Shown here: positions 54,315-63,704 of the stretch, one piece after another
How positions within the stretch are numbered: the stretch's first letter is position 1
Layout of the letters: every line of letters starts with the position of its first letter
Source: Candidatus Gottesmanbacteria bacterium GW2011_GWA2_43_14
GTDB taxonomy: Bacteria; Patescibacteriota; Microgenomatia; 2-02-FULL-39-11
NCBI GenBank assembly: GCA_000999095.1
Contig: LCFP01000003.1
Coordinates: 26,839-90,838, forward strand
Length of the DNA: 64,000 nucleotides
Direction: 5' to 3'
Position numbers and translations under genes: made by a program
The notes under the pieces: model-generated
What the model was told of the DNA's origin: nothing
The model's input: the letters and a program-made list of their open reading frames with translations, nothing else
The model's database searches: none

Positions 54315-56553
54315 ATAAGGTCGGTAATAATCCGGTAGGCAGAGGTACTTCTTCGGTTGGCAAAAGTTCCGGTGTAGCCGAAGGATCGACGGTCGGGGTC
54401 GGCACCGGAGTTAAAGTAGGATCATTTTCCTCTTCTTCTGGCTCATCTTCATTATCATCATTATTTTCTTCCGGGATATTTTCATCTTCTGATTCCGGTG
54501 TGGGAGTGGGACAATCAACGGCACTTACAGTGTCTTCATCAAAAACTTCCTCTATTTTATCGGCACAATCACATCCGGGCAACAGCGTTTCACGGCAAAC
54601 AGCCAACCGGATAATTCCGGATGGTTCGCTAAAATTATTTTGAGGCAGACGGCGATGTGCTGCTTCCATGACATCATGCCAAATGGGAGCCGCTCCGACA
54701 GAACCGGCGACGCGGCTCATAGGCCTGTTGTCATTATTGCCGATCCAGACTCCAGTGACCAGATCAGGAGTATAGCCAATTGTCCAGGCATCGCGGTAAT
54801 CATCGGTCGTGCCCGTTTTAACAGCTGCCTGACGTGAAAGATTCAAGGCGCTGACACTGCCGAAAATTTCCGCTCTGGCGAAGCTGTCTGAAAGAATATC
54901 TGTTGTCAGATAGGCATATTTTTCCCGGATGATACGTTTGCTGCCGCTGCCGTTGATATTTTTTTCCTTCATAACAGATTCATAGTCGGAGAGTTCGCTA
55001 TTGGTAAAAATTTTATCTTCAATCAAGGTTTGAGGGTTGTAAGCATAAATCAGATTTCCGAATTTATCCTTTATTTCCAAAAAGAAATGGCTGGGGACTG
55101 AATTGCCCATTTGGGAAAAAATGCCGTAAGCCCTGGTTAGCTCAAATAATTCGACTTCGCCGCCTCCCAGGGTCAACGATAAGCCGTATCTTTCCGCTTC
55201 AGTCAAACTGGTAATACCCAGATCCCCGGCCAGTGACAAAGCCGCATCCACACCAATCATGCTTAAAAGCTCAACAGCTGGAATGTTCAGTGAATTGGCT
55301 AAAGCCCTTCTTAAGGTGACATCCCCCCGGAAACGGTTGTCGTAATTTTTCGGGCTGTAGTTACCAAAATCAGTTGGCCGGTCATGAAGTATATCGGTTG
55401 TCTTGAAACCTTCCATAAAAGCTTTGGTATAAACTACCGGTTTGAATGCAGAACCAGGCTGGCGTTTGGAAAAAACGACGTTAAATTTGCCAAACGTTTC
55501 ATTATTCCAGTCATAGCTTCCGACCATAGCCAATATTTCTCCTGTTGAAGGTTTGATTACCACCAGTCCGCCGTTTTCAACATTCTGGGGTGCCAGCCTG
55601 TCGACGTGACCGGATAAAATATTCTGCGCTTCCTCCTGCAAAGACAAATCAAGTGAGGTAGTTACCTGAAAACCGTTGCGGATTACGGTGTCTTCTCCGT
55701 ACATGTCAATCAGGAGTGATTTGACATAAACCGCAAAATGCGGAGCCGTAAAGGTCTCTTCCGGTTGATTTTCCAGAAAGTCCGGCGGACTCCCTACGGC
55801 TTCCCGGTATTCTTCATTTTCGATTATTTTTGCTTCTAAAAGTCTGTCCAGGATAAGCTTTTGCCTTTCAAAAAGCTGCTGCCGGTCGCCTGTTATGGGT
55901 GATAAGCGTGACGGAGCTTGAGGTAAAGCGGCCAAAATGACCGCTTCGGATAAATTTACCTCATTGATGTTTTTGCCGAAATAGGTTTCTGCAGCGGCGG
56001 CTACACCGTAGGCGCCTTCACCGTAATAAATGGAGTTAAGATACATTTCCAGAATTTTATCTTTGTCATATCTCCTTTCGACTTCGAAAGAGAGGATCAA
56101 TTCCTGGAATTTGCGCCTGATGGTTTTGTCAGCCGTTAAAAGGGAATTTTTAACTAACTGCTGGGTAATGGTTGAACCTCCGTATGTTAGATCCTGGACT
56201 TTCAGATTTAAAAGGATTGACCTGGCTATGCCGGTGAAAGAAAAGCCTGGATGATCGTAAAATTCCCTGTCTTCGATTTGGATTGTAGCCTGCCTCAAAA
56301 GGAGGGGTGTCTCATTTAAAGGAACGGGTTCCAGCTCTTTTAATTGTCCGCTTTTATAAAAAACTTTGCCGTTTCTGTCGGTCAGGACCAAACCGGTGTT
56401 ATTGCTGTTCATCAGCCGTTCGGGTGTGGCCAGATTGGCGATAAAGATAATATAGGTATACAGGCCGAATAAAAAAACCAGGAATACCACAACTACCGAT
56501 ATGAAAAACCAGTAAGGCAGGATTTTTTTGACGACAGATAGAAGCTTTTTCAT
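54313..56553 (-). CDS. Class A penicillin-binding protein (PBP1A-like) with acidic/Pro-Thr tail
   Basis: EDREFY.H.G, GGSTITQQLVKN; SAFK, SLN, KTG. Confidence 0.93.
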   Translation of the reverse strand: MKKLLSVVKKILPYWFFISVVVVFLVFLFGLYTYIIFIANLATPERLMNSNNTGLVLTDRNGKVFYKSGQLKELEPVPLNETPLLLRQATIQIEDREFYDHPGFSFTGIARSILLNLKVQDLTYGGSTITQQLVKNSLLTADKTIRRKFQELILSFEVERRYDKDKILEMYLNSIYYGEGAYGVAAAAETYFGKNINEVNLSEAVILAALPQAPSRLSPITGDRQQLFERQKLILDRLLEAKIIENEEYREAVGSPPDFLENQPEETFTAPHFAVYVKSLLIDMYGEDTVIRNGFQVTTSLDLSLQEEAQNILSGHVDRLAPQNVENGGLVVIKPSTGEILAMVGSYDWNNETFGKFNVVFSKRQPGSAFKPVVYTKAFMEGFKTTDILHDRPTDFGNYSPKNYDNRFRGDVTLRRALANSLNIPAVELLSMIGVDAALSLAGDLGITSLTEAERYGLSLTLGGGEVELFELTRAYGIFSQMGNSVPSHFFLEIKDKFGNLIYAYNPQTLIEDKIFTNSELSDYESVMKEKNINGSGSKRIIREKYAYLTTDILSDSFARAEIFGSVSALNLSRQAAVKTGTTDDYRDAWTIGYTPDLVTGVWIGNNDNRPMSRVAGSVGAAPIWHDVMEAAHRRLPQNNFSEPSGIIRLAVCRETLLPGCDCADKIEEVFDEDTVSAVDCPTPTPESEDENIPEENNDDNEDEPEEEENDPTLTPVPTPTVDPSATPELLPTEEVPLPTGLLPTL

Positions 56554-56685
56554 ATTTTCATATATGTATTTAAGTGAAGTGATCTGATTTTATAATAAAG
56601 GCGACAGATTGCCAAAATACTGATGAGGCCAGCGCTTAATTTGTATCCTTGAGCCGGATTCACTATACTAATAGAAACAAAATTT

Positions 56686-57234
56686 ATGAATCCGGCAGCA
56701 GTAACAACCTTTCTGTCAGTCTTAACGGTTGCAGGCTTAGTGGGAGCAGTTTTTCTGGCCTTAATTTATCTATTACCAAAAAACTCCAAAAAAACCGGGA
56801 AAAAGCTTGTTCCGCTTAAACAGTGGTTATCCCAATACGCTTTTCATCTGGCGCTGATCGTTTCTTTAACGGCGACCATGGGCAGTTTATATTTTTCTGA
56901 AATTGCAGGGTATGAACCGTGCAAACTGTGCTGGTACCAGCGTATTTTGATGTACCCGCAAGTTTTATTGCTGGGATTAAGCCTGATCATGAAAGATAAG
57001 AATATCGGCCGGTATCTGTTGATGCTTTCTCTTATCGGTTTACCTGTGGCCGTCTACCATTACTACCTGCAATGGGGAGGCAATCCGTTGGTTCCCTGTT
57101 CCACTGTCGGCATATCGGTTGACTGTTCCGACAGGTTTGTGATGCAGTTTGGGTTTGTTTCCATCCCTTTTATGTCTTTTACTTCATTTTTGCTGATTGC
57201 CCTTTTAATGCTTTTCCCCAAAAAAAGCAGGTAA
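56686..57234 (+). CDS. Disulfide bond formation protein DsbB/BdbC family
   Basis: GSLYFSE...PCKLCWYQR..MYP; second Cys pair. Confidence 0.92.
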   Translation: MNPAAVTTFLSVLTVAGLVGAVFLALIYLLPKNSKKTGKKLVPLKQWLSQYAFHLALIVSLTATMGSLYFSEIAGYEPCKLCWYQRILMYPQVLLLGLSLIMKDKNIGRYLLMLSLIGLPVAVYHYYLQWGGNPLVPCSTVGISVDCSDRFVMQFGFVSIPFMSFTSFLLIALLMLFPKKSR

Positions 57235-57285
57235 AATCTCCTTCTCTTTTCCTTGCCGGGATTTTGATTTAAAATACCAACCGCT

Positions 57286-57552
57286 ATGGCAGAAAAGGAA
57301 AAAAAAGGCTGGGGCACGAAAATCCTGGAAGTTTCCCAGAAAGTAGATAAATATGTAATAGTCGCGGGTCTTGGCATGATTGCCTACGGTTTAATCGCAG
57401 CCTCATCAGCTGCGGTAGGATGGGGGGCGTTGGCTGCAGGTACGAGTGCAGCGACCTATGCCGGAGCCGAATACATAAAAAACAGAAAGAAAAGAAAGCA
57501 AGGATCAGTCAGAGTCAACCGCAGGTCTAAGGCAATCTATAATGATGTCTGA
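57286..57552 (+). CDS. Small membrane protein
   Basis: Gly/Ala-rich TM hairpin and basic tail. Confidence 0.55.
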   Translation: MAEKEKKGWGTKILEVSQKVDKYVIVAGLGMIAYGLIAASSAAVGWGALAAGTSAATYAGAEYIKNRKKRKQGSVRVNRRSKAIYNDV

Positions 57553-58092
57553 TTATTGGGGTTTATCGGGAGATGGAGCAGTTGCCGGCGAAGAAGGGGG
57601 AGGAGTAACCGGTTGAACCTGAGGGGGTACGGCTGGGGTTATGTCAGCCGGAGCGGGAGCCGGAGATGCCACAGGCTCTGCTGCCGCCGGTGCCGCTGAC
57701 TGATTCTGTAAATCCGCCATCTGCTGGAAAAATGCATCCACTTCCCTGACAACGTCCATGGGTGTAAATTGGGCTTTGATCAGATAACCGTCAGCCCCGA
57801 TTTTGAAGGCTTCCTTGATGATATCTTCCTGGCCAAGATTGGTGATCAGAATGATAGGTGTATTTTTCGTCGGAGAAGTAGGGGCTCTCATGGCCCGCAG
57901 GACATCGATGCCGGTAACCTTTGGCAGCATGATATCCAAAAGAATCAGATCGTATACATGGCTGCTTAATTTAACCAGAGCTTCTTGTCCGTCCGAAGCA
58001 GTTTCGACCGAATAATTGCCGGTTTTAACGAAAGACATGCGGTAGATTTCCTGAATGTGGAAATCGTCCTCAACCAATAACAGGGTTTTCAT
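57553..58092 (-). CDS. Single-domain response regulator with Pro/Ala-rich tail
   Basis: LVEDD, LLDIMLP, ITNL; paralog of 49785-50201. Confidence 0.92.
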   Translation of the reverse strand: MKTLLLVEDDFHIQEIYRMSFVKTGNYSVETASDGQEALVKLSSHVYDLILLDIMLPKVTGIDVLRAMRAPTSPTKNTPIILITNLGQEDIIKEAFKIGADGYLIKAQFTPMDVVREVDAFFQQMADLQNQSAAPAAAEPVASPAPAPADITPAVPPQVQPVTPPPSSPATAPSPDKPQ

Positions 58093-58095
58093 AAT

Positions 58096-59613
58096 TTAAT
58101 TGCTGCCTGAATTGCCGGCCATCCTCTGGGAAATTCTTTCAGGATTAATCATAATACCTTTTCCGGTTTTAGACAAACTGCCGAACTGGGCTGCCGGTTG
58201 GGATGCCTGGATATTGGAAGCGATAGGCAGGGTAAAAGTGAAAGTTGAGCCTTTGCCAAGTTCGCTTTCAACTGAAATTTCTCCACCATGCATGGTAATA
58301 ATGGATTTGGAAATGAATAATCCTAAACCTGTGCCCTTGGATCCCTGTTCCAGGACGCTGGAAACCCGGAAAAATTTGGTAAAAAGCTTGGCAAGGGCTT
58401 CTTTGGGAATGCCGATGCCGGTGTCCCTGACGGAAACGGAGACGAATGAATCCTTTTTGGTAAGATAGATCTTTATTGATTCGCCAACAGGAGTATAGGT
58501 TATGGCGTTTGTTATCAAATTGGAAATAACCTGATTGATACGCGAAGAGTCAGCCATTACCAGGGGCAATTTTTCCAGCGGCTCTTCAAAAGTCAGTGTT
58601 TGTCCTTTGCTGTTTGCCTGGTCTATCATATCGGTAACGGTATTTTTCACAAGAGAGGTCAAATCCAAGGCTGCAGGTTCAATTTTATAGGACCCTCTTT
58701 CAATCCGCGAGACGTTTAACAGATTATCGATGAGAGTTCCCAAATTTGCAGCATTATATTCGAGTCGATGCAGATGCTCCTGATGTTCCGGAGACAGTTT
58801 TTCGCCCAGTTCGGAGTTCAGAAGTTCGGCATATCCCCTGATGACTGTCAAAGGCGTCCGAAGTTCATGGGCTGCCATGGAAACGAAGTCTAGCTTCATT
58901 TCCTCCAGGGCTTTTTGATTGGTTTCGTCATAGAATGTCAGAATAAAACCGTGGTTTTCCTCTTCCTGGAAAGTGACTGTAGTAATGGAAACAGATACAT
59001 GGAATATCTTGCCGTCCTGCGATCTGATTTGCAGGCCGTGTTCACGATGGATTGTCGCCAGCTCATCCGGTTTGACAAAGTAATTGGAAACTATGATTTT
59101 TTCATCGCCCCCGTAAATATGAAGTATTTCATCAATATGTTTTCCGGTAACCATTTGCTCCGTAAAACCCGTGAATTTCTCGGCCGTTTTATTGAAAATC
59201 AGGACTTTGCCGCCCTGGTCCAGAGCAATTACTGCTTCAGATAAAGAAGCCAGCAGGGTTTCCATTTTCTTTTCCTGCCTGTTGAATTGCGCTTCACGCT
59301 GTCCGATTTGTTCGGTTATCAAAGTAAAAGTGGTTGACAGATGTTCTAAATCCTGACCGGCGATGCCTATGCCGGAATTGAATTTTTCCTTTTCCAGTTT
59401 TTCCAAAGCTGAGGCCATTTTGTTGCCTATCGAGCTGTAAAATAAGTTTATTACCAATATCGAAGCTAAAATAAGCAGATTACCGGCTACTAAAACCAGC
59501 CAAAAACCGGGAAGCGGTCCTCCTAAAAGATAAGCAATCAGGGCAAGTGCGGTGAAAAGGCCGGTCAGGATTACGGCTGTTATAAGGGATTTTGCTCTCA
59601 AGCTTATTTTCAT
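58096..59613 (-). CDS. Membrane PAS sensor histidine kinase
   Basis: Two [32 protein letters not shown]; paralog of 50207-52498. Confidence 0.92.
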   Translation of the reverse strand: MKISLRAKSLITAVILTGLFTALALIAYLLGGPLPGFWLVLVAGNLLILASILVINLFYSSIGNKMASALEKLEKEKFNSGIGIAGQDLEHLSTTFTLITEQIGQREAQFNRQEKKMETLLASLSEAVIALDQGGKVLIFNKTAEKFTGFTEQMVTGKHIDEILHIYGGDEKIIVSNYFVKPDELATIHREHGLQIRSQDGKIFHVSVSITTVTFQEEENHGFILTFYDETNQKALEEMKLDFVSMAAHELRTPLTVIRGYAELLNSELGEKLSPEHQEHLHRLEYNAANLGTLIDNLLNVSRIERGSYKIEPAALDLTSLVKNTVTDMIDQANSKGQTLTFEEPLEKLPLVMADSSRINQVISNLITNAITYTPVGESIKIYLTKKDSFVSVSVRDTGIGIPKEALAKLFTKFFRVSSVLEQGSKGTGLGLFISKSIITMHGGEISVESELGKGSTFTFTLPIASNIQASQPAAQFGSLSKTGKGIMINPERISQRMAGNSGSN

Positions 59614-59706
59614 AAGAAGAAGAATCCAGTTAAAACGGATTCATAATCAGCATAAGCCAAATTAAAGCAATTTGTAAACCTCCAATTGATCTGCTATCTT
59701 CAATTT

Positions 59707-60189
59707 ATGAATAAAAGACTTAAGTTGGGATGGTTTTCATTTTCCTGCTGTGAAGATTCAACTATTATCTTTACAGAGCTTCTGAATGATCACTATTTAA
59801 CCTGGAAGAAATTGATTGATTTTCGGTCAATTTCGGTTCTTCAGAAGAAAGAAGATCTGACGGATTTGGATGTAGCCTTTGTTGAAGGAGCCATAACTTC
59901 AGGCGGGCAGTCGGATAGGCTAAAGGTGATCCGCGAAAACAGCAAAAAACTGGTGGCCGTAGGGAGTTGTGCCTGTGTCGGTATGCCGTCAGCCCAGAGG
60001 AATCTTTTTAACACAGAAACAAATACAGAAATTGAGGCTATCCTGACCCGATTCAAGTACTTGCCTAAAGTACAAAAATTGTCAGAAATTGTGACTGTTG
60101 ACGATCAGGTGCCAGGCTGTCCGATGAACGAAAAAATATTCCTGACTTTAGTTGATAAATACTTAAAGGAGTTTAAGATAATTTCCTAA
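59707..60189 (+). CDS. NiFe-hydrogenase small subunit (group 3 delta-like, proximal-cluster domain only)
   Basis: FSCCEDS, FVEGA, AVGSCA, PGCP; ATG 59707 behind TGcTATCTT. Confidence 0.85.
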   Translation: MNKRLKLGWFSFSCCEDSTIIFTELLNDHYLTWKKLIDFRSISVLQKKEDLTDLDVAFVEGAITSGGQSDRLKVIRENSKKLVAVGSCACVGMPSAQRNLFNTETNTEIEAILTRFKYLPKVQKLSEIVTVDDQVPGCPMNEKIFLTLVDKYLKEFKIIS

Positions 60190-61479
60190 ATGCATAATCT
60201 TGATTTGACGCTTTCCGACATCTCCAAAATTGAAGGCAAAGCAGGCTGTGACATCAAAATCCGCGACGGTCTTGTCAAAGAAGTAAAATTCTCCATAGCT
60301 GAATTTAAGCGGTTCTATACCCAGGCAATCCGAGGGAAGGACATAGCTGCCCTGCCTCAACTGACAGCCAGGATTTGCGGCACCTGCTCCAACGCCCATT
60401 TGCTGTGCGCCATCAAAGCCTGTGAAAATATTTTGGGCATTAAAGTCAGCCAACAAACACTCCTGCTCCGGCAACTTTTGAACTTCGGCTTAATAATCAG
60501 GGATCATGCTTTACATTTATATATATTCGTCCTACCTGATTTTTTCGGCCGGGATTCGATTTTGGATTTTAAAGAAGATGACGGCCCGGAGCATAAATTT
60601 CTACATGATGCTTTCGCGGTAAAGTCTGCCGGGAATCATTTAAGCATAGCTGTTGGCGGCAGAAGCGTTCATGCACCGTATCCGATGGTGGGCGGTTTTA
60701 CCAGGCTCCCGGATAAGGCGGAACTCATTAAATGCCTGCAGGAATTAAAAGGGATCAGATCACGGGTAATTGATCTGGTAAAGTTATTCTTGGAAAAAGA
60801 CAAAACACTGGTCCGGAACAACCTGCAGTTTGCCGCTCTTCTGGACGAATCATATTCCTTTCTGGATGGAGAAATTTATCATACGGACGGCAAAGAAGCA
60901 CCGGAAAAATACGGAGATAATCTGAAATATGTATCCATCCCGTATTCACATGCCTCCGGATTCCGTTTCAGAGGCAAAACCTTCATGACAGGTGCCCTGG
61001 CCCGGCTGAACCTGGGGAAAGAAAAACTGCATAAAAAATCCAAGCAAAGTTTGGGGCCAATTTTGGACATTTTTCCGTCCCAAAATATATATCATAACAA
61101 TTTAGCCCAAGCCATAGAGATTCTCCACAGCATCGATTCGGCGGCTGATATTATTGAAAATCTGGATATCAAAGAGGAGAAACAACTGCCTATAACCAGA
61201 AAGGCCGGGGAAGGAGTGGGAGTCATTGAAGCACCGAGGGGGATACTTTATTACCGCCTGGCAATTGACGGAACCGGCCGGATAATCAAAGGGCAGATTG
61301 TTGTTCCTACAGGCCAAAATCAGATCGGCATCGAAGAGTCTATCCGGGTTTATCTGGAAAACAATCTTGAAAAATTAAATGACAGGGAAATATTGGAAAA
61401 AGAAATCGAATCAATAGTCCGGGCATATGACCCCTGCATGAGCTGCGCCTCACATTTCCTCAAAATCCGCTACAGCTGA
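60190..61479 (+). CDS. NiFe-hydrogenase large subunit (group 3b-like)
   Basis: KIEG; L1 RICGTCSNAH; EAPRG; L2 YDPCMSCASH with a short C-terminal extension. Confidence 0.9.
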   Translation: MHNLDLTLSDISKIEGKAGCDIKIRDGLVKEVKFSIAEFKRFYTQAIRGKDIAALPQLTARICGTCSNAHLLCAIKACENILGIKVSQQTLLLRQLLNFGLIIRDHALHLYIFVLPDFFGRDSILDFKEDDGPEHKFLHDAFAVKSAGNHLSIAVGGRSVHAPYPMVGGFTRLPDKAELIKCLQELKGIRSRVIDLVKLFLEKDKTLVRNNLQFAALLDESYSFLDGEIYHTDGKEAPEKYGDNLKYVSIPYSHASGFRFRGKTFMTGALARLNLGKEKLHKKSKQSLGPILDIFPSQNIYHNNLAQAIEILHSIDSAADIIENLDIKEEKQLPITRKAGEGVGVIEAPRGILYYRLAIDGTGRIIKGQIVVPTGQNQIGIEESIRVYLENNLEKLNDREILEKEIESIVRAYDPCMSCASHFLKIRYS

Positions 61480-61847
61480 TTTACCAGAATTTCACATAAT
61501 TCCGCAACAGCTTTATCAGGAAGTATATGGTCCGGAACTCCGATGATGAGAAAATCGTTCAGCTTTCTTAATTTTTTTCTTAAGGATAATTCCAAAAAAA
61601 GATCGTAATCATGAACGCTGACATTCGGAGTAGGGGAAAAGGCGGACAGGGAATTAAAGATAGTGATTTTCTTAATACCCAGAACCGTATCAATCAAAAC
61701 CAGTTTTTCCGCTTCATCCGGCAGTTCTTCGGTCGGGTCGTATTTTATGAAATTAAATCCGGGCAATTTTCTTTTAAGACGCGGCAGAATTTTAAGGGGC
61801 AGGGAATCCCGGGGTAAAAGCATATTGCCCAAACAATAAACATTCAT
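61470..61847 (-). CDS. Hydrogenase maturation protease-like protein (HycI/HybD fold)
   Basis: LGN.L..D, LID.V, S.HD, IIGVP. Confidence 0.7.
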   Translation of the reverse strand: MNVYCLGNMLLPRDSLPLKILPRLKRKLPGFNFIKYDPTEELPDEAEKLVLIDTVLGIKKITIFNSLSAFSPTPNVSVHDYDLFLELSLRKKLRKLNDFLIIGVPDHILPDKAVAELCEILVNQL

Positions 61848-62605
61848 GAGTTAATAACCTGCAGGGATAGATTTGTATAATATTTAAGATTTATTAGCTG
61901 CCGGACTTCCAGCTTCTGGCAGAAATAGCCCCAGTGGTAGGAAAGGTAATCGCCTTTTACGAGATCTGACTTTAAAGCGTCGCTCTTACCCTGGTATTTA
62001 ATGTTTCTGGTTATTTTTTTCGTCAGATGCAGTTTTCCCGCCACATCTTCCAGTTTTTGCGTCGTGACTTTGATTGTGCCGTCCTCGTTAAAAGCAATAA
62101 TTTTACCCCAATTGATAAGGCAGGCATCCATAGTTTCCAAAGTATGTGGAATATTGAGATGCCCGGTTCTTCGCCAGACTGCCAGGACATGAAAGGAATG
62201 GTGGGGTTTGGGGGACCTTGGGAAAAAGTTTACCAGCCGCTTCAGCTCCCCCGGACTCTTTTTTTTCAGTTCCATTTTATCAATCAGATGATCCGCGTAA
62301 CTTTTGATCCTGACCTTCTCCAGAAGCTGATTTCCCAGCCAGTATGCTTCGACCACCAGCGGATCAAATGGATCAGAGAAATTATTCTGGTAGGCAATCA
62401 GACAAAGATAAGGATATAAAGTTGAAAAATTCCCTAAAATCTCTGAGGCACCCAGGTCAAGTATGGCAGTTTCCGAATAGTAGGCCATGTCTTTTTTTTT
62501 GTTCAAGGGTCCGCATAAAGAAAGCGAGTTGGGAGGATATGCATAGCGGCTGCAGAGAAAGATGCCGCTAGACGACGATGCTGCGGTTTTTTGGTCGGAA
62601 AACAT
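61844..62605 (-). CDS. DUF6390-family protein
   Basis: RYAYPPN...CGP, VVEAYW.GN, PHHSFHV, D.C.I.WG, HWG..C. Confidence 0.75.
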   Translation of the reverse strand: MFSDQKTAASSSSGIFLCSRYAYPPNSLSLCGPLNKKKDMAYYSETAILDLGASEILGNFSTLYPYLCLIAYQNNFSDPFDPLVVEAYWLGNQLLEKVRIKSYADHLIDKMELKKKSPGELKRLVNFFPRSPKPHHSFHVLAVWRRTGHLNIPHTLETMDACLINWGKIIAFNEDGTIKVTTQKLEDVAGKLHLTKKITRNIKYQGKSDALKSDLVKGDYLSYHWGYFCQKLEVRQLINLKYYTNLSLQVINS

Positions 62606-63449
62606 AAATCAGCATAATGCCTGAAAGCGAGAGAATCAGGTTGTTTAATTGCAGTCCGGAAATGAATTGACGTGTCCAAAACATATTTAAGAGATTGGTG
62701 ACAGGGGTGGCCAGAATCAGAATGGCGGTCACCTGGGTAGCTGGGGCATACTTTAAGGCTGAAAAAAGACCGGTGACATAAAGAGTCAGAAGCACAATAG
62801 AAGGTATTACCGGCAGCAGGGTGGTCCAATCAAGCAAAAATAATAATCTGAGTTTTGACTGCCAGGCGGCAATTCCGATTAAAATCAGACTTCCCAAAAA
62901 CATCCGGCTCCAGGAAACCGTCAGACTTCCGGATTTGCGTAATACTTTTTTTGCCACTATATATTCACAAGACCATAATAAAGTAGCCAGAAGAATGAGA
63001 GCTTCGCCGCTGTTGAATGCAAAGCCGTTAAAACCCAGGAAGATATTTGACAAGGCTATCAGGACAAATCCGGCCACCTGAAGCATGCCCAGTTTTTCTT
63101 TCAAAAATGGAATAGCCAGAAAGGCCACCCAAATAAAAAGCGATTTATGGATCAGGTTGGCATTTATGGCCGAAGCCGATACCAGGCCGGCAAAATATAA
63201 AATAAATGGCAGACTGCCGCCGGCAACAGCAATAATTAAAAGCCCCTTCCAGTTTTTTTTAAAATCCTCAGTTATCCTGCCTCTTCGTCCGGTAAAAAGC
63301 GCCAGTGACAAAATGACGGCCGTCCCTCCGTTTTTAACGATATTAAAGATCAGGGGATCAATGCCTTTTACCAATACCTGTTTATTGTAGAAGATGGAAA
63401 CACCCGATATTAATGCTGTCAGTATGGCCCATTTGATTCCTTTATTCAT
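62568..63449 (-). CDS. EamA/DMT family transporter
   Basis: About 10 TM in two EamA repeats; LKEKL motif. Confidence 0.85.
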   Translation of the reverse strand: MNKGIKWAILTALISGVSIFYNKQVLVKGIDPLIFNIVKNGGTAVILSLALFTGRRGRITEDFKKNWKGLLIIAVAGGSLPFILYFAGLVSASAINANLIHKSLFIWVAFLAIPFLKEKLGMLQVAGFVLIALSNIFLGFNGFAFNSGEALILLATLLWSCEYIVAKKVLRKSGSLTVSWSRMFLGSLILIGIAAWQSKLRLLFLLDWTTLLPVIPSIVLLTLYVTGLFSALKYAPATQVTAILILATPVTNLLNMFWTRQFISGLQLNNLILSLSGIMLIYVFRPKNRSIVV

Positions 63450-63453
63450 AAAA

Positions 63454-63654
63454 TCAGGAGAGTGATTTGATCAATAAGCGCACTTTCATTCCTTCCTCCC
63501 GGCTGAGCCTGGCAACAGCCAAGCCGCCTGCGACCTGCAAATATTCGCCTTTTTTTACGGTCAGATCTCCTGTCAATGATACGGTCCGGCCACCTTCTAT
63601 CATTGCTTTATTGCCGACAACCTGCAGCACTTTTACGGGAACGGTAAAACACAT
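63454..63654 (-). CDS. hypC: HypC/HupF-family hydrogenase chaperone
   Basis: N-terminal MCFTVP.KV; GEYL.V.GG.A; ATG 63654. Confidence 0.75.
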   Translation of the reverse strand: MCFTVPVKVLQVVGNKAMIEGGRTVSLTGDLTVKKGEYLQVAGGLAVARLSREEGMKVRLLIKSLS

Positions 63655-63704
63655 ATTTGAATTAAAGTACACCTAATATATAATATTCCAATCAATAAAT
63701 AAAT

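Noticed and set aside
54395-54510. Low-complexity DNA encoding PT/acidic tails (also 34030-34080, 35340-35375, 57560-57700)
   Set aside because: Protein linker composition, not independent DNA repeats.
334-63676. Numerous 60-200 aa antisense or out-of-frame ORFs in the track (e.g. 7448-8041, 16065-16565, 49813-50271)
   Set aside because: They are shadows of well-supported genes and carry no recognisable motifs.
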